Assembly: GCA_963801605.1 (NCBI GenBank)
Contig: CAWDFP010000006.1
Coordinates: 1,376,001-1,440,000, forward strand
Length of the DNA stretch: 64,000 nt
Direction of reading: 5' to 3'
Origin: an uncultured candidate division Zixibacteria bacterium
GTDB lineage: Bacteria > Zixibacteria > MSB-5A5 > UBA10806
Numbering within the stretch: position 1 is the first letter of the stretch; every line of letters starts with the position of its first letter. The position numbers and the translations under genes are program-made. The notes under the pieces were generated by a model. The model ran no database searches. It saw only the letters and a program-made list of their open reading frames with translations, and was not told the origin of the DNA. Below, piece after piece: positions 30,070 to 39,989 of the stretch.

Positions 30070-31044
30070 ATGAAAGCGATTTTGGCTGATAAAATATTCC
30101 GTCCACTCAATTTTTTGCCGATTGCCCTTTTTATTTTGATATTCGCGGCAAATTCATCGGCTCTAACAATCAGGTCACACGCTTTCCCGGAGAGCCTGAC
30201 AGTTGGAGATCGTTTCCTGTTTATCAATACGATCGAGCTTCAGCCGGGCATGGAAGTTGATCCCGTTACCCCCGATGAAAAGCTTGGCGATGCCACGGTT
30301 CTCTCGCGCGTTTTCAGGATGGAGAAATCGCCTGCCAACAGCGTCGCCTATGGTTGTACACTGGCAGTCTATCAGCCTGGCCCGGTAAAAATTCCCACGC
30401 TTGCCTTCCGAAGTTCCAATTCCGCTGACACCACTACCTATACCGGTGATTCTTTGACCGTCAATATTCACAGTATCCTGCCGCCTGATACCACCGGTCT
30501 TCAAATGGCCGATATCAAAGGGCCGCGCCGTTTGCGCGAACCGATCTGGCCGTATCTGGCAATTATCGCCGGAGTCGTGCTGCTGATTTTTGGAGGAGGA
30601 TATCTCTATCGCCGGTTCACGGGCAAGATCGTTGCCCCAACATTACCGCCCGTGCCGCCCTGGGATATCGCCTGGCAGCGTCTCGATACCCTGAAAGGGG
30701 AGAGGCACGCCGAATTCGGACGGTTCAAGCAATTCTATTTCGAACTATCTCTGATTATCAGAGGCTATATCGAGGGCCGCTACGAAACTCCGGCCGTTGA
30801 AAGCACTACCTATGAGCTTGAGGACGATACCAAAATTAAAGCCGGATTATCCGATGATCTCTATCGTAATCTTTTTGAATTCTTTATGCGCTCCGATTTG
30901 GTCAAATTCGCCAAATCGATTCCCACTACCAAGGACGCCGAAAAAGATATGGCCTTCGCCTATGATTTGATCCTTCAAACCAAGCCGCTGCCTGTTCCCG
31001 AAACAACTCCGGAGAAACCTGCTCCGGTGGAGGCGCAGGACTGA
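30070..31044 (+). CDS. Bat-operon membrane-anchored protein (BatD/DUF4381-like)
   Basis: Signal peptide, DIKGP before a TM helix, LS.I.R.YIE, E.TT.E, DLVKFAK; position between DUF58 and batA. Confidence 0.75.
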   Translation: MKAILADKIFRPLNFLPIALFILIFAANSSALTIRSHAFPESLTVGDRFLFINTIELQPGMEVDPVTPDEKLGDATVLSRVFRMEKSPANSVAYGCTLAVYQPGPVKIPTLAFRSSNSADTTTYTGDSLTVNIHSILPPDTTGLQMADIKGPRRLREPIWPYLAIIAGVVLLIFGGGYLYRRFTGKIVAPTLPPVPPWDIAWQRLDTLKGERHAEFGRFKQFYFELSLIIRGYIEGRYETPAVESTTYELEDDTKIKAGLSDDLYRNLFEFFMRSDLVKFAKSIPTTKDAEKDMAFAYDLILQTKPLPVPETTPEKPAPVEAQD

Positions 31045-31045
31045 T

Positions 31046-32038
31046 ATGTTCCGTTTCAAGGATCCACTCTGGCTATTGCTTTTGATTCTTCCTGCTGGTT
31101 ATGTTTATGTCCGTTATTTTAAGTCCTTTCTAAGGCCGCCCTCGATTCCTTATTCCGATTTAAAAACATTCGATGGCATAGGCTCATCCTGGCGCACCAA
31201 ACTTGCCTCGGCCATGCCTGCCATCAAAGCGTTGGGGTTGTCAGCATTGATATTGGCGCTGGCTCGTCCGCAATCCGGATTTGGCGATACCAGGCAATCC
31301 GTCGAGGGTGTTGATATCATGCTCGCTCTCGATACATCTGGAAGTATGAAAGCGGAAGATTTTAAACCGAAAAACAGGCTTTATGTCGCCAAGGAAGTTA
31401 TCCGCAATTTTATTGAGGGCCGGGAGAGCGATCGGCTTGGCCTGGTGGTCTTTGCCCGGCGCAGCTTCACACAGTGCCCCCTGACAACCGATTATGATCT
31501 CCTCAAAACGCTTCTCGATCAAGTCGATTTCGGTATGGTGGAGGATAAAACCGCCATCGGTCTGGCCATCGCCAACGCCGCAAACCGTCTAAAAGAATCG
31601 AACGCTAAATCGAAAATTATCATTCTGCTTACCGACGGCGTCAACAATGTCGATGACCTTAGCCCTATCGACGCCGCCAAAGCTGCAGCTGCTTTGGGCA
31701 TCAAAATATATACCATCGGCGCCGGACGGCCCGGCCTGGTCGATATCCCTCTCGATACCGGTTTCGGCGTACGATATGTTCAGCAGGAATCCGAGATCGA
31801 TGAGGATGCGCTTCGCGAGATAGCCAGCATTACCGGCGGCCAGTTCTATCGCGCCAAAGACGAGACGACCTTAAAGGAAATCTACGATCAGATTTCCAAA
31901 CTTGAAAAGACCAAGATCGAGGTGCAAAGATTTTATCGCTATAACGAATTGTTCGGGCAATTCCTGCTTGTCGGCCTGGGGCTGCTCCTCGCCGAATTGG
32001 CTCTTTCAAAAACCGTGTTGGGAGGAATCCCCGAATGA
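31046..32038 (+). CDS. batA: BatA-like VWA domain protein
   Basis: F.F..P..L, ALARPQ, MIDAS DTSGS, DRLGLVVF, TAIG.A, LLTDG.NN. Confidence 0.88.
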   Translation: MFRFKDPLWLLLLILPAGYVYVRYFKSFLRPPSIPYSDLKTFDGIGSSWRTKLASAMPAIKALGLSALILALARPQSGFGDTRQSVEGVDIMLALDTSGSMKAEDFKPKNRLYVAKEVIRNFIEGRESDRLGLVVFARRSFTQCPLTTDYDLLKTLLDQVDFGMVEDKTAIGLAIANAANRLKESNAKSKIIILLTDGVNNVDDLSPIDAAKAAAALGIKIYTIGAGRPGLVDIPLDTGFGVRYVQQESEIDEDALREIASITGGQFYRAKDETTLKEIYDQISKLEKTKIEVQRFYRYNELFGQFLLVGLGLLLAELALSKTVLGGIPE

Positions 32039-33042
32039 GATTTTATCTTCCCCAATATCTCTGGTTGTTGGCGGCGCTGCCAGTTGTACTTGGCTTTTTT
32101 TTAATTGCCGACAGATTTAGAAAAGCCCGCTCCCAAAGAATCGGCCAACCCACTACTGTTTCCCGTCTTTTTGGACGATCCAATTTTGCGGCCTCCAACC
32201 TTTCATTAATTTCATTTCTGGCAGGAATTGCCTTTATCATCGCGGCCATGGCCCGCCCGCAATACCCTGGCGGCGTTGAGAAAATCGAGGCTCGCGGCGG
32301 CAAAATCGTAGTGGCGCTCGATCTCTCGCTATCGATGAAAGCCCAGGATTTTCAGCCTGACCGTCTGGAGAAAGCCAAACGCGAGATAATCGATCTGGTC
32401 GAAAAGCTAAAAGCGCAGACGGTCGGCCTGGTTATTTTTGCTGGTGAGGCCTTCGTGCAGTGTCCGCCGACCATCGATTACTCTGCCTTCCGGATGTTCC
32501 TCGATGTCGCTGATGTGGGAATGATTTCGGATACAGGCACGAATTTAGCTGATGCTATCACCGTATCGGCCAAACTCCTTGACGATGGCTCGACAGTTGA
32601 CAAGGCCGTCATCATCTTCACCGATGGCGAAACTTTCGAGGGTGATGCCGAAAAGGCCGCCTCTGCCGCCGCCGATAAGGGCGTCAAAGTCTATACGATT
32701 GGAGTGGGCAGTGTCAGCGGCCGTCCCATTCCCGACCCCGAAGGCGGTGGCCTGAAGAAAAATGAAAACGGTGAAATTGTGATTTCCAAACTCGACGCTG
32801 ATATCCTTGCCAAAATCGCGGATAAGGGCAACGGCAAATTCTTTCGCGCCACCCCTGGTGAATCGGAGCTTGATGATCTCTATGCCGATATCAAAGGGCT
32901 CAAAGGCGAGGAAAAGGAAAAAAAGTTCCGCACTCTGTATAATGAAAAATATCGCTGGCTTCTTCTGCCGGGAATTGTTTTAGTTGGGGCGGCAGCATTT
33001 ATTCCTACCAGCAGGAGGGAGGACGATAGCGATGCGGCTTAG
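32035..33042 (+). CDS. batB: BatB-like VWA domain protein
   Basis: MARPQ, DLSLSM.AQD..PDRL, FAGEAF.QCP.T.DY, FTDGE. Confidence 0.85.
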   Translation: MRFYLPQYLWLLAALPVVLGFFLIADRFRKARSQRIGQPTTVSRLFGRSNFAASNLSLISFLAGIAFIIAAMARPQYPGGVEKIEARGGKIVVALDLSLSMKAQDFQPDRLEKAKREIIDLVEKLKAQTVGLVIFAGEAFVQCPPTIDYSAFRMFLDVADVGMISDTGTNLADAITVSAKLLDDGSTVDKAVIIFTDGETFEGDAEKAASAAADKGVKVYTIGVGSVSGRPIPDPEGGGLKKNENGEIVISKLDADILAKIADKGNGKFFRATPGESELDDLYADIKGLKGEEKEKKFRTLYNEKYRWLLLPGIVLVGAAAFIPTSRREDDSDAA

Positions 33043-33763
33043 ATGGTTTATTATTCCCATGATTTTGCTTGTGACACATATTACCTATGCCGATGAGTAC
33101 CGCAGCAAGATTAACGAGGGGTACGATCTTTATAAGGACGGGGAATACGAAAAGGCCGCAGAGAAGTTTAAGGATGCCGGCATTCTGAAACCCGATAAAG
33201 CCTTGCCATCCTACGATAAAGGCACAGCGCTTTATAAGTCGAACGATTTCGAAGGCGCCGCCAATGAGTTCCAGGGCAGCGTCGCCAAAAACGATCCAAT
33301 CGTTAAGGCTGACGCTTTTTACAATGCCGGAAACGCCTATTATAAAGCCGGAAAATATGACCAGGCGATTAAATCTTATGTTGACGCGCTTAAGCTTAAG
33401 CCCAAAGATACTGATTCCAAACATAATCTTGAAATGGCCCTGTTGCAGATGAAACAACAGCAGCAACAGCAGCAAAATAAGCAGAATAAAGACAACAAGC
33501 AAAATCAACAAAAACAGGATCAGCAGAAACAAGATCAAAATAAGGATCAGCAAAAGCAGGATCAGGCTCAAAACCAGCAGAACCAGGATAAGCAGGACGA
33601 AAAAAAGCAGGAACAGCAGCAGCAATCGTCACAACAAAATAAAGATGAAATGGATAAACAGAAGGCGCAGGAACTGCTGGCCCGCTTTGCAAATGATGAG
33701 AAAGACATTCAAAAACGTCTCAAGCAGGTTCATGTTAGAGGGAAATCGGCTAATGATTGGTAG
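33032..33763 (+). CDS. batC: BatC-like TPR protein with Q/N/K/D-rich linker
   Basis: ATG at 33032 after GGAGG; TPR YN.GN.YY; HNLE.AL; Q-rich tract; terminal ..DW. Confidence 0.85.
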   Translation: MRLRWFIIPMILLVTHITYADEYRSKINEGYDLYKDGEYEKAAEKFKDAGILKPDKALPSYDKGTALYKSNDFEGAANEFQGSVAKNDPIVKADAFYNAGNAYYKAGKYDQAIKSYVDALKLKPKDTDSKHNLEMALLQMKQQQQQQQNKQNKDNKQNQQKQDQQKQDQNKDQQKQDQAQNQQNQDKQDEKKQEQQQQSSQQNKDEMDKQKAQELLARFANDEKDIQKRLKQVHVRGKSANDW

Positions 33764-35549
33764 GAAGCTATTTACAATTTCCCTGTTCCAATTGCTGTTA
33801 ACTGGAATCGCTTCGGCCATCACTATTACTGCCTCGATTGATAAACAAACAGTCAGCCTCGGTGATCCCATAACACTTACGCTCACAATTGTAGGCAAGG
33901 GGGGGACGCTCCCGGAGCCGACAATGCCTGATTTGTCAGCTTTCGAAATTTACTCTTCGGGAAGAAAGCAGAATATTTCCATTATAAACGGAGCTTTCTC
34001 ATCGTCGCTTGATATCAGCTATATCCTCGTCCCCAAAAAGGTGGGAGATTTTATCATCGGTCCCATTACGATTCGAGATAACACCGGCATGGCGTCAACC
34101 GAACCAATTAAGATTCATGTCTCAAATCAAGGCGCCGCTTCTTCCAGCGGCAACGCGGCAACTCAGCCGGGGCAGTCTCCCGAGGCCAAAGCCCAGCCTC
34201 CTCAAAAAGGCGGGGATTTTTTCATAGATCAGTTTGTTAACAAAACTAATCCCTATGTCGGCGAACAGATAACTCTGACCTTTAGATTTTACCAGGCAGT
34301 TAATCTTTGGGATCAACCCACGTTGGAATGGCCCAAATACGCCGGATTTACTGTTGAGGATTTACCGCCCAATGGACGATATTACCAGGTCGTTAATGGA
34401 CGGCGTTATCTCGTCACCGAAATCAAACGCGCCCTATTCCCCCTTTCATCCGGGAAAATGGTAATTGATACTCCCAGGCTTACCATCAAACCCGATGATT
34501 TCGGAAGCGCCTTCGATCCCTTCAGCATGTTCGACCGCGATCTCAAAGAACTGTTTCGCCGCGGCCAACCCAAGATTTTAACTGCTGACGCTCTTAGCTT
34601 AAACGTCAAGCCTCTTCCCGAACAAAACAAACCGGCCGATTTTGCCGGAGCCGTTGGGAAATTTTCAATACAGGCGGAAACCGATAAAGATTCAGTTGGA
34701 GTCGACGAGCCGATCACCTTCAAGGTCACTCTTTCGGGTACCGGTAATATCCGCTCACTCTCGCCTGTCAAGCTTCCGGAGCTTTCCGATTTCAGAATTT
34801 ATGATTCCGGCAATACTGAATCCGTGTCCAACAACAATCAAGTGGTAGCGGGCACCAAAACTTTCGAACAGGCTATTATCCCCAAAACTTCGGGGATTTT
34901 TACAATCCCGGCAATTAGCTTGAGTTATTTTGATCCCTCATCGGCAACCTATAAAACGATCGAAACTCAACCCCGACGAATCGTGGCCTCAGGCCAGGGT
35001 TTGGCTGATGTTGGCGGAGCGCCCAAGAATATCATCGGAGCCGGCAAACTTTCTTTAGGCTACATAGTAACCGATTTCCCCAAGGTCGATACTCCCATAA
35101 ACCTCTTTGGCTCAGGTTGGTTCTGGTTTTTGCAGTTATTGCCTTTGTTTGGAATCATAGCCGCGTTGGTTTATAGATCGCATTCCCAAAAACTTCTGGC
35201 CGATCGTGGTTATGCCCGTCGTCTAGGCGCCGGAAAACGCTTGCGTTCGATATTTAAAACCGCGGCGGCCTTAAAGGCCAAAAATGATTTGGTGGGTTTT
35301 TACGGAGCATTATATGACGCTGTCCTTGGTTTTGTAGCTGACCGCCTGAATCTCGAAAAGGCCGGCCTTACTATTGAGGATTTGAAAATACATCCTAAAA
35401 TTCCTGATGATATTAAAAGCGAATTGTCGACATTTCTGGATAATTGTCAGATCGCCCGTTTTGCTCCCGGCGGTACTACGAAAAACCATGCCGAGGACCT
35501 TCTCGAAAAAGCCGGCGATTTAGTTGGTCGACTGGAAAAGATGCTATGA
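33753..35549 (+). CDS. batD: BatD-like protein
   Basis: ATG at 33753; signal peptide; YVGEQ, GAVGKF, GTGNI, YFDP; TM helix near the C-terminus. Confidence 0.85.
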   Translation: MIGRKLFTISLFQLLLTGIASAITITASIDKQTVSLGDPITLTLTIVGKGGTLPEPTMPDLSAFEIYSSGRKQNISIINGAFSSSLDISYILVPKKVGDFIIGPITIRDNTGMASTEPIKIHVSNQGAASSSGNAATQPGQSPEAKAQPPQKGGDFFIDQFVNKTNPYVGEQITLTFRFYQAVNLWDQPTLEWPKYAGFTVEDLPPNGRYYQVVNGRRYLVTEIKRALFPLSSGKMVIDTPRLTIKPDDFGSAFDPFSMFDRDLKELFRRGQPKILTADALSLNVKPLPEQNKPADFAGAVGKFSIQAETDKDSVGVDEPITFKVTLSGTGNIRSLSPVKLPELSDFRIYDSGNTESVSNNNQVVAGTKTFEQAIIPKTSGIFTIPAISLSYFDPSSATYKTIETQPRRIVASGQGLADVGGAPKNIIGAGKLSLGYIVTDFPKVDTPINLFGSGWFWFLQLLPLFGIIAALVYRSHSQKLLADRGYARRLGAGKRLRSIFKTAAALKAKNDLVGFYGALYDAVLGFVADRLNLEKAGLTIEDLKIHPKIPDDIKSELSTFLDNCQIARFAPGGTTKNHAEDLLEKAGDLVGRLEKML

Positions 35550-36301
35550 ACCGACTTCTTATAATGACATTGTTATTTACGCTTATTCTTTTTGTGATAA
35601 GCTTTGCGGCTGATAATCAAACGCTCTGGCAGGAGGCCGCCACTTACTACGATCAGGCTAATTACCGCGCCGCTATCGACGATTACAATAAACTAATCGA
35701 GAAGGGTTTTATTAATCCTCAAATATATTATAATCTTGGTGATTCCTACTTTAAAGCGGGCGATCTCGGTCACGCCATTTGGAGTTTTCGAAAGGCCCTG
35801 CTGCTCGATCCCGGATTCAAACCCGCATCTTCAAACCTTGATTATGTCCGCACGTTCAACACCGATCAAATCGCCGCCAAACAACACGGGTTTGTCATCG
35901 ATATTTGGGATGCCTTAAGCGGCCTGTTGTCTGCTAACGGTTATCTCTTGCTATTAATGCTTGGATGGTGGGCGCTGGCGGGAATTTTGATTTTCAAGAT
36001 CATCAGGCCTTATAACTTCTCCTGGTTATATTATTTGTTGATAGTTCCGGCAATACTCATTATCTTTTCAGGTACGTCAGCTGCCAGGCGGATCAATGAG
36101 GATCGGCTGACTCATTGGGGGGTTCTTATTCAGGAGACCGCCGATATCCGCGAGGGACCCGGCGAGGAGTTTAACCGCGTCGAGGTTGCCCATGAGGGAT
36201 TGGAGCTTAAGATCCTCGGAGCCAGAGAAAATAGCTATCTGATAGAGCTCGGTAACGGTCTTAAAGGCTGGGTAACCAAAAAAGCCGTGCTGGAAATTTG
36301 A
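35546..36301 (+). CDS. batE: BatE-like TPR/SH3 protein
   Basis: ATGA overlap with batD; YYNLG.SYFK.G..G.AI..; two TM helices; R.GP...HEG; GWV. Confidence 0.85.
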   Translation: MNRLLIMTLLFTLILFVISFAADNQTLWQEAATYYDQANYRAAIDDYNKLIEKGFINPQIYYNLGDSYFKAGDLGHAIWSFRKALLLDPGFKPASSNLDYVRTFNTDQIAAKQHGFVIDIWDALSGLLSANGYLLLLMLGWWALAGILIFKIIRPYNFSWLYYLLIVPAILIIFSGTSAARRINEDRLTHWGVLIQETADIREGPGEEFNRVEVAHEGLELKILGARENSYLIELGNGLKGWVTKKAVLEI

Positions 36302-37359
36302 AATTACTAAAGTCGAGAAGATTCTGGGGATTGCTACTGACGGTCGGCCTCCTGGTCTACTGCTTTTATGACTTCGATTTTTATAGCGTCTGGCAGGCCA
36401 TTGCCGCCGTTCATTTCTGGTACTTGATTCCGCTGATTTTCCTCGAGGCTGTCATCGCTTATATACGCACCGCTCGTTTGAAATATATTATCGATCCCGT
36501 TAAAAGCATCAAAGTATCCGCTCTCTATCCAATCTATTGCATTGGAATGATGACCAATCTGCTCATGCCTTATCTCACGGGCCAGGTAGCCCGTATTTAC
36601 CTCTTGAGCAAACGAGGGCAGCTAAAGAAAACTCTTCTTGTGACCACAACCGTGCTCGAGGTGCTCTTTGATGGTTTGGCTCTGATCGGCATCACATTAG
36701 TTATTTCTCTATTTTTTGTTTTGCCATCCGAATTTCACCTCTGGCATTTGTTCCTGTTGGCTGGCATTTTAGTTTTGGCCATTTCTTTTTTATTTTGGAT
36801 ATCACGCCGTCGAGGTAAAAGCGCCGGAGTTCTGGGCTTTTTAATTGGCAAATTACCTTCCAGGTTCGGAAAAAAAATCGATGAAGTTCGATCCTCGTTT
36901 TTGGCCGGGCTTGAAACCCTTCGAAGCTCCAAACATCTTCTCATGGTCTCGTTGCTTTCGATTCTTTCCTGGGTGGCTCAAGCGGCCATGGTATATGTCC
37001 TGATTCTGGCTTTCGGCTTTAAAATCAGTATATGGGGCGCTGTCATCATTACAACAGTCGTTACCGTTATGATGATTATAGTCCTTTCGCCGGTTAATAT
37101 CGGTACTTTCCAGGCTGCCACGCGCGCCGCTTTGCTGCCATTCGGTATTATTAAATCCGAGGCTTTAGCTTTTTCGTTTTTACTTCATATTGCGGTTTAT
37201 ATTCCTCCCATTATCCTGGGGGCATTTTTCAGCTTTAAGGAGGGTTTAACTTTAAAGCAGCTTCGTGATGAAGGCGAAAAAAGCGTCGATGATGATACCA
37301 ATAATGGCTCTAACGATTCCCTGGACTCTGCCGCCAATCAAATTTTCGAAACACGTTGA
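36298..37359 (+). CDS. Lysylphosphatidylglycerol-synthase TM-domain (flippase-like) protein
   Basis: Multi-TM; IG.M.N...P...G..AR.Y, E..FD, P.NIG.F. Confidence 0.75.
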   Translation: MKLLKSRRFWGLLLTVGLLVYCFYDFDFYSVWQAIAAVHFWYLIPLIFLEAVIAYIRTARLKYIIDPVKSIKVSALYPIYCIGMMTNLLMPYLTGQVARIYLLSKRGQLKKTLLVTTTVLEVLFDGLALIGITLVISLFFVLPSEFHLWHLFLLAGILVLAISFLFWISRRRGKSAGVLGFLIGKLPSRFGKKIDEVRSSFLAGLETLRSSKHLLMVSLLSILSWVAQAAMVYVLILAFGFKISIWGAVIITTVVTVMMIIVLSPVNIGTFQAATRAALLPFGIIKSEALAFSFLLHIAVYIPPIILGAFFSFKEGLTLKQLRDEGEKSVDDDTNNGSNDSLDSAANQIFETR

Positions 37360-37388
37360 AAAATTTTTTTGATGTTTTTAACCGAAGA

Positions 37389-37430
37389 GTAGTTCGGGTT
37401 CCGAGTCCCCTAAAGGACGAGAAACCAGAC
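37389..37430 (+). repeat. Family A REP-like copy with inserted GTCC...GGAC hairpin
   Basis: GTAGTTCGGGTTCCGA-GTCCCCTAAAGGAC-GAGAAACCAGAC. Confidence 0.7.
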
Positions 37431-37486
37431 ATGATCGTATATCAAGACCCCTGCGGTTTTAACGACATGTCCCGTTTAGGACTGAT

Positions 37487-38173
37487 ATGACCAAATCCCA
37501 ACTCCTGCAGCGCGCAAACGCCATTGACCGCATTCTGGCCAAAACCTACGGCGCTAAAATCCAGAATCGCCGCACCGACCCCACCTCGGAGCTCATTCTT
37601 ACTATCCTCTCTCAAAACACCAATGATACCAATCGCGACCGTGCTTTCAATTCCCTTCGTGAGCGTTTCCCAACCTGGGATGATATCGCATCCGCCAACT
37701 CCTCCCAAATCGCTAAGGCAATCGAAACCGGCGGGCTATCGAGCATTAAATCTAAAAGAATAAAAAAGATCCTGTCCCAAATTGCCCAAAGATCATCCGA
37801 TTATAGTCTTTCTTTTTTGGATAAAATGAATGATCAAGAAGTTTGGGATTATCTTATTTCATTTGATGGCGTTGGGCCAAAGACTGTATCCTGCGTGCTG
37901 CTTTTCTCGTTGGGACGAAATATTATGCCGGTCGATACCCATGTGCATCGTGTAGGTCAGCGCTTGGGATTAATTCCTGACGATTTTACTGCCGAGAAGG
38001 CCCATCAATATTTTATTGAAATGAATCTGCCTTTCGGCATGTATCAACTACATCTCAATCTCATAGCCCACGGACGTGCCCTCTGCCGTCCCCGCAACCC
38101 CGGATGCGACAGATGCCCCTTGAAACGTTATTGCCTCTACTATAAAAAATTTGTAGCCAATAATTTAGTGTAA
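37487..38173 (+). CDS. nth: Endonuclease III family (HhH-GPD, 4Fe-4S)
   Basis: ILSQNT.D, GVGPKT, PVDTHV.R, C.P.NP.C..CPL...C. Confidence 0.88.
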   Translation: MTKSQLLQRANAIDRILAKTYGAKIQNRRTDPTSELILTILSQNTNDTNRDRAFNSLRERFPTWDDIASANSSQIAKAIETGGLSSIKSKRIKKILSQIAQRSSDYSLSFLDKMNDQEVWDYLISFDGVGPKTVSCVLLFSLGRNIMPVDTHVHRVGQRLGLIPDDFTAEKAHQYFIEMNLPFGMYQLHLNLIAHGRALCRPRNPGCDRCPLKRYCLYYKKFVANNLV

Positions 38174-38316
38174 TAGGACATTAGTATCATAACGTTTCAT
38201 CCCGCAACACCACTGAATCCACTTGATTTCAATGGCCTGCCCCCCTTATATCTACGTTTATACGATATATAGAATGGTAAACTCATTTGTATAACAGCCT
38301 GAAAAGAGGCAAAATC

Positions 38317-38550
38317 ATGTTTCAGCAATTCTGGTCAATAGCGCAAATGAGGCTTTATCTCCCGTTGGAGAAATTCGAGGCCTGGCCGGAGGATACTTTC
38401 TCCTTCTGCCCTCGATGCGCCCTGGATAGTTTCGAACTGCTCCTTGATTCCGGATTCGAAAGCTATATCCGATGTAAGGTCTGTGGTTCGCTCTGGATCG
38501 TGCATTCCCTGGCCCAATGCGACCATCCTGTTGAGGCGTCCATAGCTTGA
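38317..38550 (+). CDS. Small putative zinc-ribbon protein
   Basis: ATG at 38317 after GAGG; CPRC...CKVC. Confidence 0.5.
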   Translation: MFQQFWSIAQMRLYLPLEKFEAWPEDTFSFCPRCALDSFELLLDSGFESYIRCKVCGSLWIVHSLAQCDHPVEASIA

Positions 38551-38625
38551 ACCATAATGGTCTTTTCCCTGTTTTGTGCGACTCGAAATACCCCTATTCT
38601 TTATTTATTCTAACCTTAAAAAAAC

Positions 38626-38655
38626 TTGACTCTATAAAACTCCTGGGAGTATAAT
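38626..38655 (+). promoter_or_regulatory. Putative sigma70 promoter of the glycolytic operon
   Basis: A-tract, TTGACT, 18-bp spacer, TATAAT. Confidence 0.55.
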
Positions 38656-38918
38656 TAAGTGTTTTCTGGGAGGCAGCGGTCATCCTTGATATCTAATGGC
38701 TGTAAAATAAGTTACGCCGCTAAAAGGACTTAGCCCGGCTGCCGAAAAGGATATTGGTTGCTAAAAGATATCACCTGTCATAAGAATAATGTTTTTAACA
38801 ACAATCGGCTGTGTTCCTCGACCGACTCGGCTAATTGGTTTCTGCAGAGCACTAAAAACGATCCGTCTGTTGAATGGTCGATTTTAAGATTATCTAAATT
38901 TAAAGGGGGAGAATATTT

Positions 38919-39968
38919 ATGCCTGAGAGGGTAGGAATTCTTACAGGCGGTGGCGATTGCCCCGGCCTGAATGCCGTTATTCGAGCCATAGTTCGAAGAT
39001 CCATCAATCGCTATGATTATGAAATTGTAGGCCTTATGAAGGGTTGGCGCGGCCTGCTTGAAATGGACTACGAAATCATAGACCGTGAAAAGGTTTCGGG
39101 GTTATTGCCTCGCGGTGGAACCATCATTAGGACCTCGCGCACCAATCCATTTAAAGTCGAAAACGGCGTAAAAACCATTTTCGAAAATTTCAAAAAACTC
39201 AAACTTGACGCCCTGATCGCTATCGGCGGGGAGGATACCCTTGGCGCCGCCAATCAGCTTTACGCCCAGGGCCTAAAAGTGGTCGGAGTCCCTAAAACAA
39301 TCGACAACGATCTTGAGGGCACCGATTACACCTTTGGATACGATACCGCCGTAAATATCGCTATGGAGGCCATTGATCGGGTGCATACCACTGCCGAATC
39401 GCATAACCGGGTTATGGTGGTCGAGGTTATGGGACGACATGCCGGATGGATTGCCCTCGAATCTGGAATTGCCGGTGGCGCCGATGTCATCCTGATCCCT
39501 GAAAAACCATTCGAAATTGAGCAGGTTTGCAGGATTATCAAGCATCGCCATGAACGAGGCCGCGATTTTTCAATCGTAGTGGTGGCCGAGGGCGCCAGCT
39601 TTAAGGCGGATGGCCAAACCGAGGGTAAGCTCGTTTTGCAGGACGCTGAGGTTGATTCATTCGGCCATGTACGGCTTGGAGGCATAGGCACTTTCCTGGC
39701 AAAGGAAATCGAAAATCGTACCGGATTTGAATCGCGAGTTGTTATACTGGGTCATATCCAGCGCGGAGGATCGCCTACCGCTTTTGATCGCGTTCTGGCT
39801 ACCCGCTTTGGTATAGCCGCGATCGATCTCGTTCACAAAGGCGAATTCGGGAAAATGGTTGCCTTGCAGGGCAACAAAATTGTCAATATCCCGATCTCCG
39901 ACGCTGTGCAGAAATTAAAAACTGTAAGTGAGGATTTATACCAGGTAGCTGAAGTCTTTTTTGGATAA
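38919..39968 (+). CDS. pfkA: 6-phosphofructokinase (PfkA family; PPi-type signature)
   Basis: TGGGDCPGLNAVIR, GGEDT, PKTIDND, EVMGRHAG, LGHIQRGG. Confidence 0.93.
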   Translation: MPERVGILTGGGDCPGLNAVIRAIVRRSINRYDYEIVGLMKGWRGLLEMDYEIIDREKVSGLLPRGGTIIRTSRTNPFKVENGVKTIFENFKKLKLDALIAIGGEDTLGAANQLYAQGLKVVGVPKTIDNDLEGTDYTFGYDTAVNIAMEAIDRVHTTAESHNRVMVVEVMGRHAGWIALESGIAGGADVILIPEKPFEIEQVCRIIKHRHERGRDFSIVVVAEGASFKADGQTEGKLVLQDAEVDSFGHVRLGGIGTFLAKEIENRTGFESRVVILGHIQRGGSPTAFDRVLATRFGIAAIDLVHKGEFGKMVALQGNKIVNIPISDAVQKLKTVSEDLYQVAEVFFG

Positions 39969-39989
39969 AGAAATGGAGGATTTCTTAAA

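Noticed and set aside
33005..33692. Leu-rich minus-strand ORFs and apparent tandem repeats
   Set aside because: Antisense shadow of the normal Q/N/K/D-rich BatC linker.
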